A DNA stretch of 64,000 bases, taken from the NCBI GenBank assembly GCA_965206645.1, contig CBDBKE010000001.1, positions 192,001-256,000 on the forward strand, given 5' to 3'. This document shows, piece after piece, positions 20,365 through 30,937 of this stretch. The notes below the pieces were generated by a model. The model had not been told where the DNA came from, did no database searches, and was given only the letters and a program-made list of their open reading frames with translations. Both the position numbers and the translations under genes were made by a program. Numbering within the stretch: the stretch's first letter is position 1; each line of letters starts with the position of its first letter. The DNA is from Terriglobia bacterium. GTDB lineage: Bacteria > Acidobacteriota > Terriglobia > JAJPHL01 > JAPKYU01.

Positions 20365-21555
20365 ATGGCTAGGAAACTGCGGGTGGGGGTCCTGTTTGGC
20401 GGGCGGTCGGGCGAGCACGAGGTCTCGCTGCGCTCGGCGGCTTCGATCCTCGCGGCCCTGGACAAGGACAAATACGAGGTGGTCCCCATCGGCATCACCA
20501 GGGAGGGGCGCTGGCTCACTGCCGACGCCTCGCAGAAGCTGCTGGCCGGGGAGTATCAGCCGCTGCCGCGCGCCGACGCCGGCGACGCGGGCGCGGCGAT
20601 CCAGACCGAAGCAGCCGTACTTGCGCACGGGCTGCCGATGGTGCTGGCACCGGACCCGACCCAGCAGCAGGCTGGCAACCGGGCGGTGGACGTGATCTTC
20701 CCCGCACTCCACGGTACCTTCGGCGAGGACGGCACCGTGCAGGGCCTGCTGGAGCTGGCTGGACTTCCCTACGTGGGCGCGGGCGTGCTCGGCTCAGCCG
20801 CGGGCATGGACAAGGAGGTGATGAAGCGGCTGTTCCGCGACCACGGCCTCCCGGTCGTTTCCTGGCTGGTGTTTCTGCGAGGCGAAATCCTGGAGCGCCC
20901 ACGCCGCGTGATGTCGGCAGTGGAGAAAAAATTCCGCTACCCGGTGTTTGTCAAGCCGGCAAACCTGGGCTCGTCAGTCGGCATCACCAAGGCACACCAT
21001 CGAAGGGAACTGCAACGCGCCCTTGAACTAGCAGCACAATTTGACCGCAAGGTGCTGGTGGAGCGCGGGGTGGATGCCCGGGAGCTGGAATGCTCAGTGC
21101 TGGGCAACGACGCGCCCCAGGCCTCGGTGCCCGGCGAGATCATCCCGGTCAACGAATTTTACGACTATGCCGCCAAGTACTTGGACGAAGGTTCCGAGCT
21201 GGTGATCCCGGCCAGCATCTTCCCCGCCCAGGCCCGGCGGGTGAGAGAACTGGCTGTGGCTGCCTTCCGGGCGGTGGAGTGCGCCGGCATGGCGCGGGTG
21301 GATTTGTTTCTGGAACGCCGAAGTGGCAAAATCTACGTGAATGAGATTAACACGATTCCCGGCTTCACCTCGATCAGCATGTTCCCCAAGCTCTGGGAAG
21401 CCTCCGGCTTGCCGTATCCGAAGCTGATTGACCGGCTGATCCATCTGGCGCTGGAGCGGCATCAGGAAAAGCAGAGGATCCGCTACACCATTGAACTTCC
21501 AGGTAAACTTCCACGGCGGAGAAGCGAGCGTGGCAGAACCCGCAGATCACGGTGA
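20365..21555 (+). CDS. ddl: D-alanine--D-alanine ligase
   Basis: [50 protein letters not shown]. Confidence 0.96.
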   Translation: MARKLRVGVLFGGRSGEHEVSLRSAASILAALDKDKYEVVPIGITREGRWLTADASQKLLAGEYQPLPRADAGDAGAAIQTEAAVLAHGLPMVLAPDPTQQQAGNRAVDVIFPALHGTFGEDGTVQGLLELAGLPYVGAGVLGSAAGMDKEVMKRLFRDHGLPVVSWLVFLRGEILERPRRVMSAVEKKFRYPVFVKPANLGSSVGITKAHHRRELQRALELAAQFDRKVLVERGVDARELECSVLGNDAPQASVPGEIIPVNEFYDYAAKYLDEGSELVIPASIFPAQARRVRELAVAAFRAVECAGMARVDLFLERRSGKIYVNEINTIPGFTSISMFPKLWEASGLPYPKLIDRLIHLALERHQEKQRIRYTIELPGKLPRRRSERGRTRRSR

Positions 21556-21962
21556 CGTTTATGTTTGATGAGGTTACCAATCCAAACGTTCTGGGCCGTG
21601 AGCGGCGGAATCGCCGGATTCTCATTGGCGCCATCCTGCTCCTGGTGGTGGTGGCGCTGCTTTATTGGCAGTTCAAGAACTACCCCCAGGAGCGCGCCGC
21701 CAAGAGGTTTCTGGCAGCGCTCGAACGCCAGGAGTACCGCGAGGCGTACGACATTTGGAAACCCGATCCCTTCTCGTACCGCTATCAGGACTTCATGCGC
21801 GACTGGGGGCCGGAGGGAGAATACGGAAAAGTCGAGCGCTTCCAGATGACCGGCTCGCGCAGCCGCGGCTCCGGCGTCATTGTCACCTTTCGCATCAACG
21901 GTAAGGAAGCCCGCATCTGGGTGGAGAAAACAGATAAGAGCCTGTCCTTCCCGCCCTTCTGA
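21552..21962 (+). CDS. Hypothetical single-pass membrane protein
   Basis: TM helix near N-terminus, coupled to ddl stop, GC3 bias. Confidence 0.65.
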   Translation: MTFMFDEVTNPNVLGRERRNRRILIGAILLLVVVALLYWQFKNYPQERAAKRFLAALERQEYREAYDIWKPDPFSYRYQDFMRDWGPEGEYGKVERFQMTGSRSRGSGVIVTFRINGKEARIWVEKTDKSLSFPPF

Positions 21963-22016
21963 GGTGCGACGAGTAATGAATTAAGAATGAAGGAATTGCT
22001 GAGTCTACCGCAACCA

Positions 22017-23096
22017 CTACTCGCGCTTCACCCTTAACTCTTCACTTATAACTGCTTCCGCCTCGGCCAGCACTCGCTGCGGGGAGATGGCTTCCATGCA
22101 GATATTGCGCTGGCAGGTTTTCATCATGGGCGTCCCGTAGCAGGGGGCGCAGAAGACACGGTGGCGCACGATGCGGATGGGAGTCATGGACGACAGCGGT
22201 CGGGTTTGTTCCAGGATGGCTGGCCCCCAAAGGACCACCAGCGGCGTGCCCACCGCGGCGGCCATGTGGGCCGCGCCGGTATCCACCGAGATGAACAGTT
22301 GGAGGCGGCGAATGACGGCTGCCAGTTGCCGCACGGTGGTGCGGCCGGCGAGTTCCACAAAGCTGCCGGCGGGAAGCTGCGCCGCGATGGCTCGGGCGTC
22401 GTCTTGGTCATCGGCCGAGCCAGTCAGCACCAAACGTACGCCCCGCTGAACCAGAAGGCGGCCGAGCTGGCTGAAGTTGTCCGTCCCCCAGCCCTTGAGT
22501 CGCTCGCCCTGATTCTTCTTTCCGCGCCGGGGTCCGTAGCCGGCGTGCAAGCCCACCATCGGCGGCCGGATTTCGCCCAGAAGCTGCTTCGCGGCGCGTT
22601 CCTCCTCGGGCGAACCCGGCAAATCCATGTCCAGTGAGCCGGCCGGGGCCTGTTGCCAGTCGGGGAAGCCGGAAGCGCGCAGGTTGTTTACGATGGCGTG
22701 CAGTTTGGGAGCGAACGGAGTTTCTCGGAAGCTTCGAATCTGCTTCACCTCGGCGCGTTCCAGAAGGCGGCGGAAGTGCGGCGCGCTTTCCAGCAGTAGG
22801 GCAAACTGGTAGCGGGCGGCGCACAACTCTCGCACCAGCCGCTGCTTCTCCCGCGACAGCCACCAGGGCAGGTGTCGGTGACGCAGTCGAAACAGCCGGG
22901 CGACGCCCGGATTGGCCTCCAGCAGGGGCGCGGCCGGCTCCCAGCCGAGAAAGTCAATGGCGGCTTGTGGATAACGTGCCCTTAACGCGCGCAGCACCGG
23001 GGTAGCCATCAATGTGTCGCCCAGCGCACCGACGCGGACTACCAGGATGCGCCCACCGGACTCCTTGCTGCCAGAGGTGACCGCCACCTGCTCCAT
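22017..23096 (-). CDS. Glycosyltransferase family 9 (LPS heptosyltransferase-like)
   Basis: RILVVRVGALGD.LM..P, K.W...F, DTGAAHMAAAVGTP.V.LWG, C.PC...C...CM. Confidence 0.93.
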   Translation of the reverse strand: MEQVAVTSGSKESGGRILVVRVGALGDTLMATPVLRALRARYPQAAIDFLGWEPAAPLLEANPGVARLFRLRHRHLPWWLSREKQRLVRELCAARYQFALLLESAPHFRRLLERAEVKQIRSFRETPFAPKLHAIVNNLRASGFPDWQQAPAGSLDMDLPGSPEEERAAKQLLGEIRPPMVGLHAGYGPRRGKKNQGERLKGWGTDNFSQLGRLLVQRGVRLVLTGSADDQDDARAIAAQLPAGSFVELAGRTTVRQLAAVIRRLQLFISVDTGAAHMAAAVGTPLVVLWGPAILEQTRPLSSMTPIRIVRHRVFCAPCYGTPMMKTCQRNICMEAISPQRVLAEAEAVISEELRVKRE

Positions 23097-23450
23097 GCAG
23101 CGATTCTAGTACGTCCCGGCAACGGCTGTCAGGCAATGCTCGGCCATTGCGGGATCCGGCTTGGCAGCCGTCTGGGGTCGTGCGGCATGGAGTGCAGGAT
23201 CTTCGGGGTCCGAACAGCGATGCTTTCAAGGAATTCGGCTGTAAGAAAACCGAGTGAACCAGCCCGTTCGGCACTTGACTGCCGTGTTAGGCTGTTCTCG
23301 AGTTATCCCACAATTCGAGCACGAAGGCTGGGGGGGTATGAAGGACAGTGCAGTTTTTCCTCCTCGTAGTGCCGTTTTCACTGTGCCGACAGCCGGAATT
23401 GGTTCCGGCTTCTCCTGCCCCGAAGACTGTCGTAGCAAGGGTGACAAACA

Positions 23451-24116
23451 ATGATGAGGAACGCAAAACTATTGTGGTTCTTGATTGTGGTACTGGCGCT
23501 GGGGATCGCTGGCTGCACTGAGAAGGAAGAAGCCCCACCCGCCCCGGCGGAACCGCCACCCACGGCGAGTGAGCCTGCCACCACCGGTCCCAAAACGGTT
23601 AGCGGAACGGTGAAAGGGCGCAGCGGCAAACCCCTGGCCAAGGCCTGGGTGTGCCTGGGCCAGCTTGAGCAATCGGCGATCGAAGGGAAGGACGTGAAGC
23701 TTGCGCTGACCCAGTTCACTGCCGTGACGGATGACGATGGGCGCTTCCAGATTGAAGAGGTGCCTGCTGGCACCTACACCTTGGTCTACCAGCCGTCGCC
23801 CGCCACTGGTGCCAGGGGCGGGCGCGAGATTTCGGTCGCCAACCTCGCGGCCGGGCAACGCTCGACGATGCCGGACTTGCGCGAGCGCGAAGTCGGGACA
23901 TTCAAGCCGTTCAAGCAACGGCCTTGGAGTCGCGACTATACTCTGATGAAGGGCCACACGTTGTTCAACACGGCCAGCGGAAAAAGGTGGAAAATCTGGA
24001 ATGCGTCCGTCCGCCGGGGCCGCCGCGGGCCTTTCCTGGAGATACGCAAAAACGAAATCTGGCGACAGGACATCCAGAAGGATTCGAACGTCACCTTCGA
24101 GGCCTGGAGCTTCTGA
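23451..24116 (+). CDS. Lipoprotein with carboxypeptidase-regulatory-like domain
   Basis: Lipobox IAGC, Pro-rich linker, TDDDGRF.IEEVPAGTYTL. Confidence 0.75.
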   Translation: MMRNAKLLWFLIVVLALGIAGCTEKEEAPPAPAEPPPTASEPATTGPKTVSGTVKGRSGKPLAKAWVCLGQLEQSAIEGKDVKLALTQFTAVTDDDGRFQIEEVPAGTYTLVYQPSPATGARGGREISVANLAAGQRSTMPDLREREVGTFKPFKQRPWSRDYTLMKGHTLFNTASGKRWKIWNASVRRGRRGPFLEIRKNEIWRQDIQKDSNVTFEAWSF

Positions 24117-24170
24117 ACCGCGGCGCTGCTCCGGGTTTCTGGACAGGCAAAGCCGACCCGGGGGCCGCCG

Positions 24171-24344
24171 TCAGTCTGCCTCGATCTTGGCCTCATCAAC
24201 CAACATGACCGGGATATTGTCCCGGATGGGGTAAACGCGCCGGCACTGGCCGCATTTCAGCCCCTGCTCGTCGGCGGTCAGCTTGAGAGGCGTCTTGCAG
24301 ACGGGGCAAGCCAGGATATCAAGCAGCTCTTTGCTGATGGGCAT
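24171..24344 (-). CDS. Trm112 family (YcaR-like) protein
   Basis: LLDILACPVCK..L..C..C...YPIRDNIPVMLVDEA. Confidence 0.93.
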   Translation of the reverse strand: MPISKELLDILACPVCKTPLKLTADEQGLKCGQCRRVYPIRDNIPVMLVDEAKIEAD

Positions 24345-24493
24345 GATAGCGCTCCCCGCTCCGATACCAGGCAAATGTACAACGAAAGCAGAGAAAACAG
24401 CTACCGCTTTTCTGGGAGAACGTCGCCATCTCCCCTGTGCTATGATTTTTTATGGATTCATCTGGCACCGTTGGAAGTGAAAGGACGCTGCCG

Positions 24494-25444
24494 ATGTCTG
24501 CTGCTGCCCGCATTCTTGATGGCAATTCGATTTCTACCCAGATCAGGGAAGAGCTTGCCCTGGAGTTGAAGGAACTGGCGGCGCAAGGGGTTCGTCCCGG
24601 CCTAGCCGCGGTCCTGGTAGGGGACAGCCCCGGTTCGGTCATCTACGTTCGGAACAAGGTTAAGACCTGCCAGTCGTTGGGCATCTACAGCGAGAAGTTC
24701 ACGCCTCCGGCGACTGCAAGCACCGAGGAGCTCCTGCGCCTGGTTCAGGAACTGAATGGCCGGGAGGAAATCGACGGCATTCTAGTGCAGTTGCCTCTGC
24801 CATCCCAAGTGGATACCCGGCGGGTGCTGGAGGCGATTGATCCGGCCAAGGACGTTGACGGGTTTCATCCTATCAACGTGGGAAACCTGGTCACCCAGCG
24901 GCCGGGACTGGTGCCTTGCACCCCCGCGGGGATTATGGAAATCCTGCAGCGCAGCGGCGTCACGCTGAAGGGGGCGCGCGCGGTGGTGATTGGCCGCAGC
25001 GATTTGGTAGGCAAGCCGGTGGCGGTGCTGCTGATGCACCAGCATGCCACGGTCACCATCTGCCATTCGCGCACGCGGGACCTGCCAGGAGTGGCACGGC
25101 AGGGCGAAATCCTGGTGGCTGCGATGGGCAAGCCGGCAAGCATTAGCGGCGAATACGTTCAGCCGGGCGCCACGGTGATTGACGTGGGCATCAACAAGAT
25201 CACTGACCGGGCCGAAGTCGAGCGTCTTTTCCCCGGAAACGCGCAGCGGCTGGCCGAGCTGGATAAGAAGGGTTACACGCTGGTAGGCGATGTGCATCCT
25301 GACTCCGTGCTGCCGGTGGCCGGAGCGCTCACTCCGGTTCCGGGCGGCGTGGGCCCGCTGACTATTGCGATGTTGATGGTCAACACGGTCCGCGCAGCGT
25401 GCCTGCGGCGAGGTTTGACGGTTGGCGCCGGGGTGACCGCCTAG
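24494..25444 (+). CDS. folD: Methylenetetrahydrofolate dehydrogenase/cyclohydrolase
   Basis: PGLA.VLVG, YVRNK, DGILVQLPLP, KDVDGFHP, PCTP, GRS..VGKP, TPVPGGVGPLT. Confidence 0.97.
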   Translation: MSAAARILDGNSISTQIREELALELKELAAQGVRPGLAAVLVGDSPGSVIYVRNKVKTCQSLGIYSEKFTPPATASTEELLRLVQELNGREEIDGILVQLPLPSQVDTRRVLEAIDPAKDVDGFHPINVGNLVTQRPGLVPCTPAGIMEILQRSGVTLKGARAVVIGRSDLVGKPVAVLLMHQHATVTICHSRTRDLPGVARQGEILVAAMGKPASISGEYVQPGATVIDVGINKITDRAEVERLFPGNAQRLAELDKKGYTLVGDVHPDSVLPVAGALTPVPGGVGPLTIAMLMVNTVRAACLRRGLTVGAGVTA

Positions 25445-25595
25445 CAGGCCGCTGCTGCAACCTCTGAAAAGACCAGGACTGGCAACGGCTGGTAACTTGC
25501 CGCCCTAGGCTCCACAGGGCACGAGACGGGTCGCGAGACTGATTCACTGCCCGGCCATGTTCTGGAACGAATCTCGCAACTAGTAACCCACAGCC

Positions 25596-26276
25596 GTGGC
25601 AAGATCGCACGGCGGAGCGTTTGGTTTGCTAAAAGTGGGGCTCACCGGCGGGCTGGCGTGCGGCAAGAGCACGATCGCAGCGCTGCTTCAAGAAAAAGGA
25701 TGCGGGCTGATCGACGCCGACCGTTTGGGCCATGAAGCCATCGCCCCGGGCGGACCTGCTTACAGCGCTGTGGTGGCCGAGTTTGGGCGTGACATCCTGG
25801 ACGGCGAGGGGCGAGTGGACCGGGTGCGTCTGGCGGCCTGCGTCTTTGGAGATCGGCAGGGGGGAGATCGGCAGGGGGGAGACCGGCAGCGGGGAGATCC
25901 GCAACAGGTGCGGCGGCTGAACGAATTGGTTCACCCCCATATTTTGCGGCGCATCGAAGAGGAGGCGCGCAAGTTCGCCGAGCGCCATTCTGAGGGTATC
26001 CTGATAGTGGAAGCGGCGTTGCTGCTGGAAGCCTTTGCCGAGTCGCAAGTGGACAAGGTGGTGGTGGTGGGTTGTTCTGAGGAGCAGCAGATCCAACGCT
26101 TTCAGGCTAAAGGCGGCACAGCCGAGGAAGCGCGGCGGCGCATGGCCGCTCAGATGACTCGCGCCGAGCGCCTGCGGCGCGCCGATTTTGTCGTGGACAC
26201 CTCGGGCACGCTGGAACAAACTCGCCGGCAGGTGAATACCCTGTACCAACGACTGGTGCGGGAAGCGATCATATAA
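25596..26276 (+). CDS. coaE: Dephospho-CoA kinase
   Basis: VGLTGGLACGKST, IDAD, VDR..L...VF, LNELVHP; contains a 4x pentapeptide repeat. Confidence 0.93.
   Translation: MARSHGGAFGLLKVGLTGGLACGKSTIAALLQEKGCGLIDADRLGHEAIAPGGPAYSAVVAEFGRDILDGEGRVDRVRLAACVFGDRQGGDRQGGDRQRGDPQQVRRLNELVHPHILRRIEEEARKFAERHSEGILIVEAALLLEAFAESQVDKVVVVGCSEEQQIQRFQAKGGTAEEARRRMAAQMTRAERLRRADFVVDTSGTLEQTRRQVNTLYQRLVREAII
25848..25907 (+). repeat. In-frame 15-bp tandem repeat x4 inside coaE
   Basis: ggagatcggcagggg x2, ggagaccggcagcgg, ggagatccgcaacag (GDRQG GDRQG GDRQR GDPQQ). Confidence 0.9.
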
Positions 26277-26385
26277 GTGCATTGGAGCGGGTTCGTCCCC
26301 TGCCTGATTTGCAGACCCCCATGGCTTGCAACCGCGATCACCAACAGCCCAACGGGTTTCTGAGACCGCTTCTTGTGAGGTCGGT

Positions 26386-27552
26386 ATGAAACTGCGCCAT
26401 TTTCTGCTGGCGGCTGCGATGGTGGCCGCCTTCATTTATTTCACCACCTATCTGCCGGTCGGGCCGTTCGAGAAGGGCCGCTGGCGCGGGGCTTTGCCGT
26501 GGGAGGGGGAGACTTCTCCCGTGCCCGGGGTAACCCTGGCGCAGAGCGGCGGATTCGGCTCCGACGAGCAGAACAACATTCAGGTATACAAAGCGGCCAG
26601 CCCGGCGGTGGTCAATGTCACCACCATCACCTTGACCTACGATTTCTTCCTGAATCCTGTGCCGATGGAAGGCGGGGCAGGCAGCGGTTTCTTGATTGAG
26701 CCAGACGGCAAGATCGTCACGAATTTTCACGTCATCAGCGGGGCGCGGCGAGTGCAGGTGATGCTGGCCGACCGGAGTCGCCACCAGGCAGAGGTGCTCG
26801 GCTACGACGAGCGCAGCGACCTGGCGGTACTGCGGATTCAAGCTGGGCGGGAGTTGCCCTATCTGCGGCTGGGCGAGTCCGACAGCCTCCAGGTGGGGCA
26901 GAAGGTGCTGGCTATCGGGAACCCGTTCGGCCAGTTCCAGAATACTCTGACCACGGGAGTCATCAGCTCGCTCGGGCGCAATATCCGGGACCGCGGCAGT
27001 GGCGCGGTCCTGGAAGACGTCATTCAAACGGACGCCGCCATCAATCCCGGCAACAGTGGCGGGCCCTTGCTCAACTCGCACGGGGAAGTCGTGGGCATCA
27101 ACACGGCCATCGTCGGCCCGGCCAATATTGGCATTGGATTTGCCATTCCCGTCAACCGGATGAAGCTGATTGTGGCCGATCTGCTGCGCGAGGGACGGGT
27201 GATGCGTCCCTACCTCGGGGTAGTGCTGCTACCCTTGAGTCCTGACCTGGCTGAGCTGCTGGATTCGCCCGTGGGCGAAGGCCTCCTGGTCTTGACGGTG
27301 TCACCCAACAGCCCCGCCGAAAAGGCGGGCATCCGCGGGGGCACCAAAACCGTAGTGGTCGGAAACTTGAGGCTTCCCGCGGGAGGAGACATGATCGTGG
27401 AGATGGATGGGGAGCCCGTTGGTGCTCGTGAAGAACTCGGACGTCGGATTGAGAACAAACGGCCGGGTGACACAGTCCGGCTCCTCCTGTACCGCGGCCT
27501 GCGGCGCTTGGAGGTCACCGTCCGGCTGGAGGCCCGGCAGCCGCGGCGCTAA
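26386..27552 (+). CDS. HtrA/DegS-family serine protease with one PDZ domain
   Basis: GSGF, TNFHV, SDLAV, QTDAAINPGNSGGPL, C-terminal PDZ. Confidence 0.95.
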   Translation: MKLRHFLLAAAMVAAFIYFTTYLPVGPFEKGRWRGALPWEGETSPVPGVTLAQSGGFGSDEQNNIQVYKAASPAVVNVTTITLTYDFFLNPVPMEGGAGSGFLIEPDGKIVTNFHVISGARRVQVMLADRSRHQAEVLGYDERSDLAVLRIQAGRELPYLRLGESDSLQVGQKVLAIGNPFGQFQNTLTTGVISSLGRNIRDRGSGAVLEDVIQTDAAINPGNSGGPLLNSHGEVVGINTAIVGPANIGIGFAIPVNRMKLIVADLLREGRVMRPYLGVVLLPLSPDLAELLDSPVGEGLLVLTVSPNSPAEKAGIRGGTKTVVVGNLRLPAGGDMIVEMDGEPVGAREELGRRIENKRPGDTVRLLLYRGLRRLEVTVRLEARQPRR

Positions 27553-27700
27553 CTGTTCGCATCTGCAGCAGCTTCTGCTGCTTTCCGACTCGGCCAAAAG
27601 TAAGAGGAGCCGGCAAACCATACAGTGCGTCACAGTTAGTCTCCTGAAACCTGACTCTAGGACCTGCTACAATCCATACTAAGAGGAGACGGTACCCCGA

Positions 27701-28347
27701 ATGAGGGACTCTCTGCGCTTCTTGTGCCTAGTCGTACTGTCGGCTGTCGCCCCGCTGGCGATGGCCGAGGAAGTGATCCTCCGCGACGGAAGAAAGCTGA
27801 CTGGGACCATCGCCGGCGTGGAGCGCGGCGTTTACAGGCTCGAGACAGATTTTGGGGTAGCGCTAATCAAGAAAGAATGGATCGCGCGCATCGAATTTTC
27901 TGGGACGGCAAAGAAGAAAGCGGCGGCCAAGCCGCCCGTCCGTCTGCCGCGGGCGCCCTCGCCACCCCCGCCCTCACTCATCCGCGAACGCCGCCCGCCC
28001 GGCGGTAGGGTTCAGGAGCGTACCAAGGGGACCACCTACATTAACGAGAGCTACCGCTTTCAACTGTTCAAGCCCCCCACCTGGCGCATCCTGGAACAAG
28101 CCGCCCGCAGCATTCCCAGCGCCGTGACGGTGTTGGGTACTCCGGATGAAACCACGATGCTGGTGGTCGGCAGCGTGCTGTATGAAGGCCCACCCTCTGC
28201 ATATGCCGAAATCCTGCTGGCTGCGCTGCGGCAAAGCTACTCGGAATTCGTCACCAAACCGGAGGACCGGGTTCGAGTGGCCGGGCGGCCGGACACGAGT
28301 GGCACGGCCTGGTGGTCAACCTGACCGACGGGCCGGCGCACTATGGC
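27701..28347 (+). pseudogene. Exported hypothetical protein, frameshifted near 28290 and truncated at MITE
   Basis: Signal peptide, I.LRDG..L.G beta domain; protein-like reading continues in another frame (GHEWHGLVVNLTDGPAHYG) up to the inverted repeat. Confidence 0.55.
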
Positions 28348-28468
28348 CGGCATTGTCAAGTTGACGAAAAGCTCGCCGATCGACCCCCAAGATATTGCGC
28401 TCCAGCCCGTCTCGAACCCACCATACTGAGCATCAAAAACAGCCGTCAGCCTCAACTTGACAATACCG
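28348..28468. mobile_element. MITE-like non-coding element (121 bp)
   Basis: Terminal inverted repeats CGGCATTGTCAAGTTGA / TCAACTTGACAATACCG (16/17 match); no transposase; no target duplication. Confidence 0.7.
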
Positions 28469-28680
28469 TCCGTCTGCCCCTGGTTCGCCTCGAAGCTCAG
28501 CGGCAGCTTGCCGTAGTTCTCCGCAACCTGCGGCTTGTTCACTTTTACAGTCGTCGCCGGTGAGTTTGGTCTGTGGGCAAGCGTTGGGTGCGGGCCCAAC
28601 TTCACCAGGCCGATGGCCAGCAGCCCGAGCGTTAGCAGCGCCATTCCCGGTCCCACGCTACGAATCAAGGACCTACGCAT
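28469..28680 (-). pseudogene. 5' fragment of an SBBP/beta-propeller surface protein
   Basis: GAGGAGG RBS, signal peptide, YGKLPLSFEANQGQTD motif, then runs into the MITE repeat. Confidence 0.75.
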
Positions 28681-28950
28681 GGTTGTTCCCTCCTCGGAAA
28701 CAAGCGACCAAGAGTACATCCTGGGGGGGCCGCATGTCTACTTCTCCCCTGCGAAATGCTTTTGCGGTAAGGGCCAGATTCCGCTCACATCTTTGCGCGG
28801 GAAGCTGGCAAGATGCTCTCCTGCTCACCAGGAATGCCGGATAAGTCCCTACTAACGGGCTAGTGTGTACCTATGTTCTGAGGCAGGCATCTTGTCGTCG
28901 CAATTCGCCGCCATTTCCCGCAATTCGCCATGTATCGTGCACACCCACAT

Positions 28951-30837
28951 CTACTCGCCACGAACCGGGAGAACTAAACATGATGGGTGCTCAGGATCGT
29001 GATAAACAGTGTTGACTGTGGAAATAACATGGGTGTGGCGTCCTAAAGGCTCCCCGGTGTTCGGGTTTACGTCGTACATGGGAAAATTGCTGCTGGAGAT
29101 ATCCAATCTTATTTTGTGACCCTTGCGGAACAGGTTACTGGTAGCCCAGAGGTCGATGGAGACCTTATAGATGGTTCCCGGTTTCATCAGTTCTTCCCGC
29201 TCCCGAGACTTTCGAAAACGAATGCGGAGTATTCCGTCCTCCAGATTCATCGCGTAGCCCGCTGGGTAGTCATCGGAAGGTGGATAAACGTCGATCAGTT
29301 TGGCGGTAAAATCCGTATCTTTAGCTTCAGAGGAGACCCAGAGGGTAACGCGCATGGGACCAGTGACCTCCATATCATGTGTCAAGGGAGGAGTCGCAAA
29401 GGTCAGAACATCATGCCGCGCCGACAATGGCAGTTGATTGTCGGCGGCGAAGTAGTTGGCTGGCGGCACCTGATTCTGCGCGCCCCTGCGGACCAAATGC
29501 TTCCCGGAGTCAATATTCCCGCCCACCGTCGGCACAGGCTTTCTGGGATCGAATTGAAAGCGGCTTGGGACTGTTGACTCGCGGGCAGTTGCTTGGAGTG
29601 TGCCGTCCCCATGGAGGTAGAACTTTTGCTCCCGGAACCCGCTTGGTGGGCAGGTTTGAGCTTCCTTCCAAACGCCTCCGCTTTGTAAACGGCCATTCTT
29701 GTTCCTGGTCGCATCCCCCCCGCCCATCAGGAAATATTTCACAGGCGGTTCCTGCAAGATACCCATGTCTTTACCCTTCAGAAATTGATCGAACCAGCGT
29801 GCGGCTTCATCCTGAATGGACATCTTGGCCCGGGGACCAAAATCAACATCCCCGGCATGCGTGATCCCCGTACTGTGCGTCCAGGGACCCATACAGAGCT
29901 TCGTAAAGGCGTTCCTTCGGGAAAGTCCCTCAAAATTATTTAATGTTCCCCGTTTAAACAGGTCATACCAACCACCGACAAAATAAATCGGAATCTCCGG
30001 ATAGCGGGAGTGATATTCCTCAAAGTTGTAACCGATCTGCTTCCAATAGTCGTCATAGGCCGGATGCATCCGCCAATCTGCGTACCATCGTTCGTAGGTC
30101 GGTGCCCATTGCAGGGGAGAACCAGATTTCAGCGGCGCCGCGCGGAGCCAGTCAGGCAGGCGGTCATATGCCCGGCGCAGTGCAGCCGCAACCTTGGCAT
30201 CCTTTCGCGCTTCCTTCCCCGTGAAGGCAAGCCGGAAGGCGTATTCCAGGTTATGAAGCAGCGCAAAAGCTCCTCCCCGTCCGGCCCCGTCTTCTATGTA
30301 ATTGGATGTGCCGACAATGACGAACATCGTTTTGAGGTGGGGAGGGCTGTGCACAGCCGGAGCGTTTTGGGTCGCGGCCATGTACGATCTACCATAAGTG
30401 CCTACATCGCCGTTGCACCATGGCTGGCCTGCGACCCATTCAACTGCGTCATATCCGTCCTTTCCCTCGTTTACGTAGATATAGAATTCATCTTCAGAGT
30501 CATACCTGCCGCGCACATCCTGAGTAACAACCGCATATCCTTGCTTGGCGAAAAATTCCCCGGATGAATTCAGGCTATTTTTACCGTAGGGCGTGCGAAT
30601 GAGAATTGCGGGAAACGGCCTAGGGTTGGATTGGCCCTCGGTGGTGGGAAGGTAAATATCGGTGGCCAGCCGAATCCCATCCCGCGTGGGCATCATCCGG
30701 TTCCTAATTACTGTTACGGCTGGAGAGTCGGCACGGGAAGGTTTCGCGCCAAGAAGAAAGATGAAACCAACCAGAACACACAATACGATCCGGAAGAAGG
30801 TCTTGAACGGATGTGTTTGGAGATTCGGACGGGTCAT
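28951..30837 (-). CDS. CocE/NonD family hydrolase (exported)
   Basis: RDGIRLATDIYLP, RTPY, QDVRGRY.S, GRSYMA nucleophile, GGWYD, GPWTH, SSSNFP..D.NPNTG. Confidence 0.93.
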   Translation of the reverse strand: MTRPNLQTHPFKTFFRIVLCVLVGFIFLLGAKPSRADSPAVTVIRNRMMPTRDGIRLATDIYLPTTEGQSNPRPFPAILIRTPYGKNSLNSSGEFFAKQGYAVVTQDVRGRYDSEDEFYIYVNEGKDGYDAVEWVAGQPWCNGDVGTYGRSYMAATQNAPAVHSPPHLKTMFVIVGTSNYIEDGAGRGGAFALLHNLEYAFRLAFTGKEARKDAKVAAALRRAYDRLPDWLRAAPLKSGSPLQWAPTYERWYADWRMHPAYDDYWKQIGYNFEEYHSRYPEIPIYFVGGWYDLFKRGTLNNFEGLSRRNAFTKLCMGPWTHSTGITHAGDVDFGPRAKMSIQDEAARWFDQFLKGKDMGILQEPPVKYFLMGGGDATRNKNGRLQSGGVWKEAQTCPPSGFREQKFYLHGDGTLQATARESTVPSRFQFDPRKPVPTVGGNIDSGKHLVRRGAQNQVPPANYFAADNQLPLSARHDVLTFATPPLTHDMEVTGPMRVTLWVSSEAKDTDFTAKLIDVYPPSDDYPAGYAMNLEDGILRIRFRKSREREELMKPGTIYKVSIDLWATSNLFRKGHKIRLDISSSNFPMYDVNPNTGEPLGRHTHVISTVNTVYHDPEHPSCLVLPVRGE

Positions 30838-30937
30838 GGCCACAAACCTCTCAGTTCTGACTTTGTTGATCACTGCCTGCGAGTCAGAGCCATACAGGGT
30901 ATGGCTAGTCGAGAAGGCGGATGTCAAGTTGAAAAGT

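Noticed and set aside
23097-23450. Long intergenic region as riboswitch or ncRNA (also 36672-37050, 57634-57900)
   Set aside because: No recognisable conserved motif; consistent with ordinary promoter regions; an Rfam scan would be needed
26283-26291. tggagcggg as a possible att duplication of the tRNA-Gly 3' end
   Set aside because: Only 9 bp; expected by chance
28899-28929. cgcaattcgcc direct repeat with 20-bp period
   Set aside because: Could be a regulator site but is short, and no cognate regulator or promoter context supports it
30918-30932. cggatgtcaagttga similar to the MITE end
   Set aside because: Partial match without partner; equally explained as a minus-strand TTGACA for the CocE gene
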